A stretch of DNA of 64,000 nucleotides from Mobula hypostoma. Its lineage: Eukaryota. The first letter of the stretch is position 1, and each line of letters opens with the position of its first letter. The stretch is taken from assembly GCF_963921235.1 (NCBI RefSeq), contig NC_086098.1:117862001-117926000 (forward strand), in the 5' to 3' direction. The notes beneath the pieces are model-generated. The model saw only the letters and a list, made by a program, of their open reading frames with translations. It had not been told where the DNA came from and made no database searches. Made by a program: the position numbers and the translations under genes. Shown piece after piece: positions 11,640 through 23,523 of this stretch.

Positions 11640-12390
11640 GTGTTCAAGAACCATTCAGAAATCTGACAGCAGAAGGGAAGGCACTGTTCCCAAAAAAAAA
11701 AAAAATGATAATTGAGTGTGCCTCCAGGCTCCTGTACTTGCTCTAGGATGGTGGTTATGAGAAGAGGGCATGTCCCAGGTGGTGTTGGTCCTTCATACTG
11801 GCTGCTGCCTTTCAAGATGCCCTCAGTGGTGGGGAGGCTGTGCCTGTGATGGAGCTGGTTGACTCTACAATTCTGCACCATGGCCCCTCCATACTAGATG
11901 GTGATGTAACATGTCAGAGTGAACCCCACAGTACATCTGTAGAAACTTTTTAGGGTCATTGGTGACAAACCAAACCTCCTCAAACTCCAAATGAAGTGGA
12001 GCCGTGGGTGTGCCTGCTTTGTGTTTGTGTCAATGTGCTGGGGCCAGGATAGATCCTCTGAACTTGACACCCACCAAGATGAAACTGACTTCTCCCCTGC
12101 TGACCCCAGAGTGAGGACTCTGTGCTCTCCCGACTTCCCCTTCCTGAACACCACAATTCATTCTTTGGTCCTGCTGGTGCTGAGTGAAAGGTTATTATTG
12201 TGACAGCAGCTCACAATTCCTCATGTGTACACCTCATCAATGCAGAGTGCAGAGAGAGTAGAGCAGTGGGTCAAGCATACAGCCTTGAAGTGCACCTGTG
12301 TTGACTGTTATCACCAGTCTGAACTGACTCTGGTCTCCTAGTGAGGAAGTCAGTTGCAGAGGGAGGTAGAGGCACAGGTTTTAAAGTTTG
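11640..12390 (-). mobile_element. Rex1/Babar-like LINE 3' relic
   Basis: Translated remnant SEDLSWPQHIDTNTKQAHPRLHFIWSLRRFGLSPMTLKSFYRCTV. Confidence 0.65.
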
Positions 12391-12445
12391 TTGATTCAGA
12401 TCAAAAACATAAATTCAGTAAATTATACACAATTTTTACAAGAAA

Positions 12446-13668
12446 TGTCACAATGGCGGGGCATTGGGAGCAAGGGTGGACCCAAATGCAAGACACATCT
12501 TGTGAAGTTCATTAAATTTAGTTTATTGTTCAAAACCAGGAGAGCAAGGCAGGAGTAGGAATAGCAAACTGGACAAGGACTGAGGACTACAACTAGGCTG
12601 GGACCAAGGGTCTGGGCTTGGACTCAGAGTTGGCTCCCAGAACTAGAGGAGACATGAAGAGGCTAGGGTATGGACTCTGAGCCCAAGACTGGGCAAGGAC
12701 CCAGTACCTGGGTCTTGCCTCAGGCTGGGACTCCAGAACCAGGCATGGACATGACATGGGCTAGGGAGAGGAGGAACATGGAAAACAGAGCCTCGGTCTC
12801 GGGAGAGCAGGTACATGGAACCATGGACACATACACAGAACACAGAGTCGGGACCTCTCTTCGGGTACAGGACATAGGACTGGGACTCATGACCCCCCCC
12901 CCCCGTGGGGCAACGGCAAGATGGTATGACTTACCCCACAGAGGCAAGAACAAGACAAAACATGACCCCCCCCCGCGGCGCAACGGCAATACGGCCTGAC
13001 CTACCCCACAGAGGCGAGGACAAGAAAAGACAAACATAAATATCTAGCTCCGGCGATAGAACTAGACCGAAGTGCAGGCGGGGGCTGCAGACAAGGGCTG
13101 GAGGCGAGAGGGGTAGAGAAGGGATCCAGACGTGGGGGGGGGGGGAGGTGGTGGGAGTAGGACAGGAATCACAGACCGCCGGGGCCAGGACGTGACTCGG
13201 AACTTGGAAGCCCCCAGAGCCAGGACTTGACTTGGAGCCTCCGGGTAGAGGCGAGCTCTCGACTCGGCCCAGGAACAGTAGACAGCGGTTCTTGATTCCC
13301 TCTGGGGGGTTAACTGACGGATCTACCTTGGTGAGGAAACTGCAGGCTCGCTTTGGTGAGGTAACTTGACAGGGTTGCACTGGTGAGGAAAGGCGAATTA
13401 CCTGCACTCGCTTCGGGCAGAGACAAGGCTTGCTCTGGCCAGATGACGTTGGCACGCCGTACCTTTGGTGACTTTACAGACGCTCCCACACCAAACGGCT
13501 GAAAGCCAGAGACTATAAACTACCGGTTCAGTCGAGAGTAAATTGCCTCCAATCACCAAAGCCGAGGGACACGGGAAAACAGGGAACCAAAGGAAAACAG
13601 GGAGTCAACGGTCTGGATCGTAACATAAACAAAGTAAATTTAAAGGGACCCCGATCCGGACCGTGACA
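12446..13668 (-). mobile_element. Solo LTR (Gypsy/BEL-type), 1223 bp
   Basis: Termini TGTCAC...GTGACA; 5-bp TSD AGAAA (12441-12445 / 13669-13673); AATAAA on the minus strand near 12522; no gag/pol sequence. Confidence 0.85.
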
Positions 13669-15249
13669 AGAAAGAAGACAATCAGAACAGAAAAATCGAT
13701 TTTGGTGCAAAGTGATGATGGTGTTGCTATGAACTGTCCTTTGTTTTGACAGTCGTCAGCAGTCCACGCCTGTGTCGGCAAACCTTGGCCATGAGTTGAT
13801 AAGTAGCAAGAATGACTTTGCTGTAAGTGCGAGGCAGTGATCAAGATGAGAAATTTTACCCCCGGTACAGAGACTGTAGTTCACAGGATTGCAACTCCGT
13901 CACAGCTACAATCCTCCCCAGCATCGAGGACCTCCGCGAGCAGTGCCTGGAGAAGGCAGCATCTATCACTAAGGACCCTAACTATCGCCACTGTTGTTAT
14001 TGTCAGAGAGGGTCGGCGGGAGCAACAAGACCCACGATCACTGTCCGGAAACAGCTTCTTCCCCTCCGATTTCTGAATGATACATGAACATTGTTATTTC
14101 TCTTGTGCAGTTTAGTTATTTCTGTATTTTATGTAATGTTATGTATTTGCACTGTACTGCAACCATACAGATTTTAAAAAACAAATCCCACAGTGTATAA
14201 TTCAGTGATAATAAATCTGATTGGACAGGCAACAATATTACCATTATTGTGTCCCCCATCAACAAGGTCCTCGGCGTCAGAATTCAAATGAACCAGCCAG
14301 GAGAGCATGCCAGGGTTAGGTATCTGTATCAAGTGCCTCACTTTTTGGACATCCCTGAAGCCTTTCTATTCATAAGTCACCAATGAGGAGTATAATGGAA
14401 TACTCCCCCACTCAGTGGCACACCAAGCAAAATACCTGTTCACACACCTCGATTACCTCTCTTCCCCGCCCTCTGACCCGCCACTCCCCTTGTCCCTCTG
14501 CACTTCGTCTGTTCACTCACCTTCTGCTCCCCTGCTCTTGGCTCTTTTTCTTCTGGTACCCATTTTTCCCGACTTTTCCAGACTTCTTGTTCCCTCCTTC
14601 TACCACTATCCTCTACCCCCGAATCCCACCATTCAAGCTACATTCAAAAACTTGCAGTGTATTGAGAACCAGAGAGCATGGCTTTAGTTTAATGGTATGA
14701 GTTTTAGAAGGGATCTGAGGAAGAGGAATGCCCTGCCTGGAACATTGAGAAGTTGTATGGACAAGCATTTGCATCATCAAGCTGCAAAAGGAAAGGAGTA
14801 AGTGCTGGTGAATGGGATAGGAACTAGTGGACATGTGGGCTGAAGGGCCTTTTCTGTGCTCTGTGACTCTCTGACCTTTCAACGTGGAGATGCTGCCCTA
14901 GAGACTAGTGTTAAGTTGCCCACACCGGCACCGTCACCAGGTAGACTTGTTGGAAGAGTTTTGAGAATCTGCTGGTTTGGTGTCACAGCAGTTTCGCAGA
15001 CACTGTTGCTGAGGTAAGGTTTCAGGAATCCGACTCCCCACAGGGTTTGTAACAGACACGCCTGTTTACACGCCAGAGGGCCTGCTTTCAACTCCCGTAT
15101 GGGTTACTGTTGCAATCAGAATATTCAGAGATGTCAGCAGGTGTAAAAATACCCCAACTGGTTCACTCAGGGCAGGAGAGCCGAACGGGGCCATTGGTGT
15201 CATCATGTCCATGCTGGCCCTTAGAACAATCCCAGTCCTCCCACTGAAC

Positions 15250-15430
15250 ACCACACCACTCCCCCACCAGGCAGGGCGATCAATTAACTCAGCGACCCGC
15301 GTGTCTTTGGAATGTGGGATGAAACCAGAGCACCTGGGGGAAACCCAATCCATCACAGGGAGAACGTGCAATCTCCGCTCAGTAGGCACCTGAGTCACCG
15401 GAGCTGTGAGCCAGGGCACCACTATGCTGC
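15250..15430 (-). mobile_element. tRNA-derived SINE (V-SINE/HE1-like)
   Basis: GTGTCTTTGGAATGTGGGATGAAACCAGAGCACCTGGGGGAAACCC...CACAGGGAGAACGTGCAA, typical of fish V-SINE bodies. Confidence 0.6.
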
Positions 15431-16084
15431 CCAGTTTCCTAGGCCCTCAAATGACACTGTTTGGTGAGAAACGGAGCAAAGGTTCCAGGCTGTACCAGCA
15501 TCTCCACGCGTGGGGAGGGCAGTTCAATTGGTAAATTGGTTTATTATTGTTAGACTGGTCTTGTGTATCGTTCCGACAGATCAGTTCATTACACTGTGCA
15601 CTGAGGGGGAAGGGAAAGCAAAAAAGGTTATAGTTACAGAGATACTGCAGAGCAAGGGATACAGTGAGGTGTAAGGTCAAAATGGGGGAGGTCGTGAGAT
15701 CAAAGTCAAAATTCAAGATTCTTTGTTGTTAGTTTTCAGTATACAAGTGTAAAGGAGAATGTCATAATTGTTACTCCGGATCTGATGCTGCATGAAGACA
15801 CAATAAGCACAACAATACAATAAATATAAATATAAATGCAATTCTGTAAACAGCAACCCGTAAGTAAATGGCAGTACATGAGGGTGCCGAGGGGCTGTGC
15901 AGAGGAGCAGCTGATGCCGATACAGTAGTTTGGGTGACTGGTGGGATTAATTAAAAGGTTGAGGTGTTGGGAAAGTAACTGTTTCGCTCTGCTCTATCAC
16001 GTTCAGAGAACTCAGAGACATGGAGGTCATTCATTGGCCTGTGGTGCGCTCTCTACTCCACGCCGCTCTGATCATCGTCCACCC

Positions 16085-16715
16085 ACCCGCCGATGTACAG
16101 GAGGAATGGAGACAGACTAACCCCTATGGATCTGGAGATGAGAGTGTGAACAGCTTCAAGTTCCTCGGCACGCACATCACCGAGAACCACACGTGGTCTG
16201 TACATACCGGCTGTGTGCTGAAAAAAGCACAACAGCGCCTCTTTCACCTCAGACGGCTGAAGAAATTTGGTATGAATCCCAAATTCTAAGGACTTTCTAC
16301 AGCGGCACAACTGAGAACATCCTGACTGGCTGCATCACCGACTTCTGCAGAGAGTGGCGCGGATAGCGCAGCGCATCTGTAGATGTGAACTGCCCACTAT
16401 ACAGGTGTCTAAAGAGAGCCCGAAGGATCACTGGGGACCCGAGTCAGCCCAAACACAAACTGTTCCAGCTGCTACCATCCGGGAAAAGGTACCGCAGCAT
16501 AAAAGCCAGGACCAACAGGCTCCAGGACAGCTTTTTCCACCAGACTGATTAATTCATACTGATACAATTATATTTCTATGCTATATTGACTGTCCTGTTG
16601 TACATACTATTTATTATAAATTACTATAAATTGCACATTTAGACGGAGACGTAACGTAAAGAGTTTTACTCCTCATGTATGTGAAGTATGTAAGAAATAA
16701 AGTCAATTTAATTCA
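16085..16715 (+). mobile_element. Rex1/Babar-like LINE 3' end
   Basis: VNSFKFLGTHITENHTWSVHTGCVLKKAQQRLFHLRRLKKFGM; 3' UTR with AATAAA and short TTCAA-type tail. Confidence 0.75.
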
Positions 16716-16755
16716 AAGTACCTTTGCTCCCCTGTTCTGTTATCTCTTTTCCCTC

Positions 16756-16775
16756 TGTGTGTGTGTGTGTGTGTG
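16756..16775 (+). repeat. (TG)n microsatellite
   Basis: About 10 TG units seen directly. Confidence 0.9.
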
Positions 16776-17219
16776 TTTGATCTGTGCTTGTAGCTCATTT
16801 CTTTATCTATGTTGTTTCAATAAACGTGTGAAGCCGTATGTGTTGTTTTATGCCCAGGAAATTGTTCAAATGCAATTCACTAAGCAGAACTGGGCTTCTG
16901 GGTTCCATGACATCTGCGCCTCCTGTGGACCCGGTGAAGTGACGCCTCCTTTGTTACCCGGCGCTTTACAGCCATTGTTTCTCTAGTGTACTTACACACA
17001 ATGCCTATCACACTGAAATGCAACTGGTGCAGGACTTCAAAACAATAGATGCCTCTCTCGAAATAACAGCTGACCACAAACAGCCAACAAAAGAGAGAGT
17101 CACAGTGCCGAAACAGGCTCTCCTGTCCTCCAAGGTCGGGACTAAATCTGGATGTCTGGAGCCACCAGGCGGGGCAGGGGCTATACCAATGTGCTGCCCT
17201 AAACCCAGTTCCAGCAGCA

Positions 17220-17325
17220 TAACGCTATTACAGAGCTAACGGCCCGGGTTCAATTCCCCACCACCGCCTGTAAGGAGTTTGCGTGTTCCCCCGTGACTAT
17301 ATGGCTTTCCTGCAGGTCCTCCGTC
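17220..17325 (+). mobile_element. tRNA-derived SINE 5' part
   Basis: Pol III B-box GGTTCAATTCC followed by CTGTAAGGAGTTTGCGTGTTCCCCCGTGAC. Confidence 0.55.
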
Positions 17326-17662
17326 CCCTTCTCAATGCAGCTGCCGCGCTACGTTGAATTCTACCTCTCAGTTATTCTGTGATTGTCACTTTAACATTTT
17401 TCTTTCCTCTGCTTCAGTTACTTGGCCCCGATCTGTTGTTTTGTGTTCATGTCGCTATTTATTATCACAATGTACATTGTTTATTTCGTGAACTTCACAG
17501 AGTAGAGTAACTTAATTGCACCCTCGTGCGTGCGACAGTGAACGAATGTGAATCTGAAGCTCACAACGGGGCTCCTGGGCTGTGCCCGAGTGGGAACTCC
17601 ATACATACGTCATGATCAAGGTCACACGTGATGGCGGCAAGGCGAATCCATGTGTGTACGTG

Positions 17663-17665
<3 letters not shown>

Positions 17666-17700
<35 letters not shown>
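17666..17700 (+). repeat. (CA)n microsatellite followed by a C-run
   Basis: About 17 CA units seen directly. Confidence 0.9.
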
Positions 17701-17701
<1 letters not shown>

Positions 17702-19119
17702 CCCCCCCCCCCCGCCCCCCAACAGCATTGTAACAGACCTTCTAGCCCAGCCTGTCTATCCAGTTGTAGAATGAGGAATTAACTGCCAGGTCCCGGGTTT
17801 GGTGATGAATCTGCGTGGAATAATAGCATTGAAGGCAGAACTGTAGTCAATAGACAAGTCCGATGTAGGTATCTGCTGTCCAGACGCCCCAGAGGTGAGT
17901 GTAGGACACGCAGATTCGGTTCTAGGCGGATTGAGGTTGTCTGGAAAACTGGATTTAATGCATGCCGTGACCAGCCTCTCGAACCACTTCTGGATAAAGC
18001 CACTGGGCCGCTAAGGCACATTTATCTTGTTTTCTTGGGTACTGGGATGATAATGACTTTCTTAAAACAGGAGGGAACCACATTCAGAAGCAAGGAGAGA
18101 TTTAAAATGTCTGCAAATACACCTGACAGCTGATCCACATAGGTCTAAGAACATGACCAGGACACCAGCTGGGCCCAATGCTTTCAGAAGACTGATCTTA
18201 TGTCCGTGATGTGCCTGCAGATTCAGGTACACCGGAGACTGTCAGGGGTTGCTCTTAATACACCTACAGAAACTCTTAGGATTCTCTTTTGCCTTAATTG
18301 ACGGGGCTACCCCAGTCCACTTTATATCATTCTGATTCTTCTCTTTTGTGCACACACACAAAAAGCACACCCGTTTCCCTGGTACCCTTTACAATCCAAA
18401 CCCGAGTTAACGGCACAAGAGAACGAGCATGAAGCCATTGCCATTACAGAGACAGGGCTTCAGGGGGGGAATGTTCAAGCATCTCGAACAGTGAGAATGG
18501 GCAGAAAGTGACAGGAGGTAGAGTGATGACACAAGTAAAAGATCAGAGTAGGGGGGAGAAGACAGATTGAGACGTTGGCTCCACTGCAACAGAGGGGAGG
18601 ATGGAGAGTGAATGCTGGTGGGTTCAGTAATGAGGAGGACTGACAGTAGGTTCAGTGACTCTAGGATGATGTGCTTTCTCCCTAGTATCAGGACAAATGA
18701 TATCGCAGACAGACTACAGAGTAAAGGGGGTGCTCAATGGTCCGTATCAGTTAGAAATATGGACAGAGAAATGCCAGCTGCAGTTTAATCCAGGTGTGAC
18801 AATTGTTGGCACTTTGGGAGGTCAGATACAAGGGGAAAGTATAGCGTAAATAGCAGGATCATTTGGAGCATTGATGTACAGAACCTTGGGGTGCAAGTTC
18901 ATATCTCCCTGAAAATGGCAGCACAAGTAGATAGGCTGGTAAAGCCATAGCAGACTTGCTTTAAAGAGTATAATGTGGAGGCTTTATAAGGCTCTGGTGA
19001 GGTCTCATTTGGAGTATTGTGGGTAGTTTTGTGCCTATTATCAAAGAAAGGATGTGCTAACATTGGAGAGGGTTCAGCTGAGGTTCACAAGAATGACACT
19101 GGGAATGAAAGGGTTATTG

Positions 19120-21829
19120 CAATAGACAATAGGTGCAGGAGTAGGCCATTCTGCCCTTCCAGCCAGCACCGCCATTCACTGTGATCATGGCTGATCATCC
19201 ACAATCAGTATCCAGTTCCTGCCTTATCCCCATAACCTTTGATTCCGCTATCTTTAAGAGCTCTTTCTTGAAAGCATCCAGAGACTTGGCCTCCACAGCC
19301 TTCTGGGCCAGAGCATTCCATATATCATAGAAACATAGAAAATAGGTGCAGGAGTAGGCCATTCGGCCCTTTGAGCCTGCACCGCCATTTATTATGATCA
19401 TGGCTGATCATCCAACTCAGAACCCCACCTCAGCCTTCCCTCCATACCCCCTGACCCCCGTAGCCATAAGGGCCATATCTAACTCCCTCTTAAATATAGC
19501 CAATGAACTGGCCTCAACAGCTTCCTGTGGCAGAGAATTCCACAGATTCACCACTCTCTGTGTGAAGAAGGTTTTCCTAATCTCAGTCCTAAAAGGCTTC
19601 CGCTCTATCCTCAAACTGTGACCCCTCGTTCTGGACTTCCCCAACATCGGGAACAATCTTCCTGCATCTAGCCTGTCCAATCCCTTTAGGATCTTATACG
19701 TTTCAATCAGATCCCCCCTCAATCTTCTAAATTCCAACGAGTACAAGCCCAATTCATCCAGTCTTTCTTCATATGAAAGTCCCGCCATCCCAGGAATCAA
19801 TCTGGTGAACCTTCTTTGTACTCCCTCTATGGCAAAGATGTCTTTCCTCAGATTAGGGGACCAAAACTGCACACAATACTCCAGGTGTGGTCTCACCAAG
19901 GCCTTGTACAACTGCAGTAGTACGTCCCTGCTCCTGTACTTGAATCCTCTCGCTATAAATGCCAGCATACCATTCGCCTTTTTCACCGCCTGCTGTACCT
20001 GCATGCCCACTTTCAATGACTGGTGTATAATGACACCCAGGTCTTGTTGCACCTCCCCTTTTCCTAATCGGCCACCATTCAGATAAAAATCTGTTTTCCT
20101 GTTTTTGCCACCAAAGTGGATAACTTCACATTTATCCACATTAAATTGCATCTGCCATGAATTTGCCCACTCACCCAACCTATCCAAGTCACCCTGCATC
20201 CTCTTAGCATTCTCCTCACAGCTAACACTGCCACCCAGCTTCGTGTCATCCGCAAACTTGGAGATGCTGCATTTAATTCCCTCATCCAAGTCATTAATAT
20301 ATATTGTAAACAACTGGGGTCCCAGCACTGAGCCTTGCGGTACCCCACTAGTCACCGCCTGCCATTCTGAAAAAGTCCCGTTTATTCCCACTCTTTGCTT
20401 CCTGTCTGCTAACCAATTCTCCACCCACACCAATACCTTACCCCCAATACCGTGTGCTTTAAGTTTGCACACTAATCTCCTGTGTGGGACCTTGTCAAAA
20501 GCCTTTTGAAAATCCAGATATACCACATCCACTGGTTCTCCCCATCCACTCTACTAGTTACATCCTCAAAAAATTCTATGAGATTCGTCAGACATGATTT
20601 TCCTTTCACAAATCCATGCTGACTTTGTCCGATCATTTCACTGCTTTCCAAATGTGCTGTTATCACATCCTTGATAACTGACTCCAGCAGTTTCCCCACC
20701 ACCGACGTTAGGCTAACCGGTCTATAATTCCCCGGTTTCTCTCTCCCTCCTTTTTTAAAAAGTGGGGTTACATTAGCCACCCTCCAATCCTCAGGAACTA
20801 GTCCAGAATCTAACGAGTTTTGAAAAATTATCACTAATGCATCCACTATTTCTTGGGCTACTTCTTTAAGCACTCTAGGATGCAGACCATCTGGCCCTGG
20901 GGATTTATCTGCCTTCAATCCCTTCAATTTACCTAACACCACTTCCCTACTAACATGTATTTCACTCAGTTCCTCCATCCCACTGGACCCTCTGTCCCTT
21001 ACTATTTCTGGAAGATTATTTATGTCCTCCTTAGTGAAGACAGAACTAAAGTAACTATTCAATTGGTCTGCCATGTCCTTGTTCCCCATGATCAATTCAT
21101 CTGTTTCTGACTGTAAGGGACCTACATTTGTCTTAACCAATCTTCTTCTTTTCACATATCTATAAAAGCTTTTACAGTCCGTTTTTATGTTCCCTGCCAG
21201 TTTTCTCTCATAATCTTTTTTCCCCTTCCTAATTAAGCCCTTTGTCCTCCTCTGCTGAACTCTGAATTTCTCCCAGTCCTCAGGTGAGCCACTTTCTCTG
21301 GCTAATTTGTATGCTTCTTCTTTGGAATTGATACTATCCCTAATTTCTCTTGTCAGCCACGGGTGCACTACCTTCCTTGATTTATTCCTTTGCCAAACTG
21401 GGATGAACAATTGTTGTAGTTCATCCATGCAACCTTTAAATGCTTGCCATTGCATATCCACCGTCAATCCTTTAAGTGTCATTTGCCAGTCTATCTTAGC
21501 TAAACTTATCTACCACTCTCTGGGTGAAAAAGTTTTTCCTCAACTCCGTTCTAAATGGCCTACCCCTCATTCTTAAACTGTGGCCTCTGGTTCTGGACTC
21601 ACCTATCAGCGGGAACATGCTTCCTGCCTCCAGCTTGTCCAATCCCTTAATAATCTTATATGTTTCAATCAAATCCCCTCTCAGCCTTCTAAATTCCAGA
21701 GTATACAAGCCCAGTCACTCCAATCTTTCAACATATGACAGTCCCGCCATCCCGGGAATTAACCCTGTGAACCTGCGCTGCACTCCCTCAATAGCAAGAA
21801 TGTCCTTCCTCAAATTTGGAGACCAAACT
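19120..21829 (-). mobile_element. CR1 3' fragment (middle element of the nest; pieces 19120-19325 and 21504-21829)
   Basis: YTLEFRRLRGDLIETYKII...KNFFTQRVV (21496-21708) continues as IWNALAQKAVEAKSL (19195-19401); tail CTATTGTCTATTG. Confidence 0.8.
19326..21503 (-). mobile_element. CR1 LINE, family B, 5'-truncated (inner element of the nest)
   Basis: RT ORFs 20472-21482 and 19417-20532 (one frameshift), FADD motif, TTCTATGT tail at 19326. Confidence 0.95.
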
Positions 21830-21974
21830 AGGAACATTTGATGGCTCTAGGCCTGCACATACTGGAATTTAGAATTGTGGGGGGAGGGGGCAGTGTGATG
21901 TCTCATTGAAACCTATTGAAGTCCAGATGGAGGGGATGTTTCCTATAGAAGGGGTATTAGGAGAGATTAGATAA

Positions 21975-22860
21975 ACTTGCATTGGGAAGACGTTGGAGTC
22001 CATTATTAAGGATGAGGTCATGGGGTCACATGATAAAATAGGCCAAGGTCAGCAAATTTCCTGGGGGGAAATCCTGCCTGACAATCTGTTGGAATTCTGA
22101 AGAACTAACAGGGAAGTCATTGGATGTTTTTTACTTGGAGTTTCAGAAGTCCTTCGACAAGGTGCCACACCCGAGGCTGCTTAACAAGATAAGAAACAAT
22201 GGTATTACAGGGAAGATACGAACATGGATAGAAAACTGGTTGACTAGCAAGAGGCAAAGAATGGGAGTAAAGACAGCCTTTTCTGGTTCACTGCCAGTGA
22301 CTAGTGGTGTTTGCAGAGGTTGCTGCCGGGACTGCTTCTTTTCACGTTATATCTCAGTGACTTGGATGATATTTGATGGTTTTGTGGTCATGTTTGTGGA
22401 TGACACAAAGATAGGTGGAGGGCCAGGTGGTGTTGAGGAAGCAGGGAGTCTGCAGAAGGACTTAGACAGATTGGGAGATGCTGGACTTCAGGAGAATGAG
22501 GGGGATCTCATTGAAACCAATTGAATATTGACAGGGAGATGATATCAAGAGGATGCTTCCCATAGGATCAGAGGGAACAGCCTCAGAAAAGAGGGAACTC
22601 CATTTAAAACGAAGTTGAGGAGGAAATTCTTTAGTAAGAGGCTAGCAAATCTGTGGAATTCATTTCCACAGACGGCTGTGGAGGGCAAGTCATTGAGTAT
22701 ATTTAAAGCTGAATTTGATAGGTTTTTGATTAGTCAGGGCGTCAAGGGTTATGGGCAGAAGGCAGGAGAATGGGGTTCAGAGGAAAAATGAATCAGCCAC
22801 GATGGAATGGTGGAGCAGAATCGATGGGCTGAACAGTCCAATTCAATTCCTGTGTCCTAC
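21975..22860 (+). mobile_element. Degraded CR1 with internal deletion
   Basis: DVFYLEFQKSFDKVPH...FVDDTKIGG joined directly to GDLIET; CR1-like 3' UTR. Confidence 0.8.
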
Positions 22861-23049
22861 ACATCGGGGTGTTGTGTATAAAACTCAGGAAGTCATACTA
22901 CACAGGTACGACTTACTGAGTTTATAGACCACACAGAAGTGACGAGTGTAAAGCAAGAAATAGAAGAAGCAATTAAAAGGATAACACAATAATACAAGGT
23001 GACAGTCACCCATACAGAGATAGGACAACAAAAACTTGTCATAATAAGC

Positions 23050-23523
23050 AGGAAGATGCCTGGATTGGAGAGCATGCCTTACGAGAATAGATTGAGTGAA
23101 CTTTGCCTTTTCTCCTTGGAGCGACGGAGGATGAGAGGTGACCTGATAGAGATGTATAAGATGATGAGAGGCATTGTTTGTGTGGATAGTCGGAGGCTTT
23201 TTCCCAGGGCTGAAATGGCTAACACGAGGGGGCATAGTTTTAAGGTGCTTGGAAGTAGGTACAGAGATGTCAGGGCTAAGTTGTGTGCGTGGTGTTTTTT
23301 TTAAACACAGAGTGGTGAGTGCGTGGAATGGGCTGTTGGCGACTGTGGTGGAAGCAGATACAATAGGGTTTATTAAGAGGCTCCTGGACAGGTACATGGA
23401 GCTTTGAAAAATAGAGGGCGATGGGTAACCCTAGGTAATTTCTAAAGTAAATACTATATATGTTCTGCACAGCATTGTGGGCTGAAGGGCCTGTATTGTG
23501 CTGTAGGTTTTCTATGTTTCTAA
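23050..23523 (+). mobile_element. CR1 family A 3' fragment
   Basis: MPGLESMPYENRLSELCLFSLERRRMRGDLIE; 3' UTR like 2400-2527 with TTTTCTATGTTTCTA tail. Confidence 0.9.

Larger units (their letters stand above)
18660..21960 (+). mobile_element. Old CR1 relic (outer element of a triple nest; pieces about 18660-19119 and 21830-21960)
   Basis: GGGAATGAAAGGGTTATTG (to 19119) continues as AGGAACATTTGATGGCTCTAGGCCTG (from 21830), collinear with CR1 ORF2 C-terminal sequence. Confidence 0.65.

Noticed and set aside
17220-17325. tRNA gene
   Set aside because: Only a B-box is evident, no cloverleaf, and downstream sequence is SINE body
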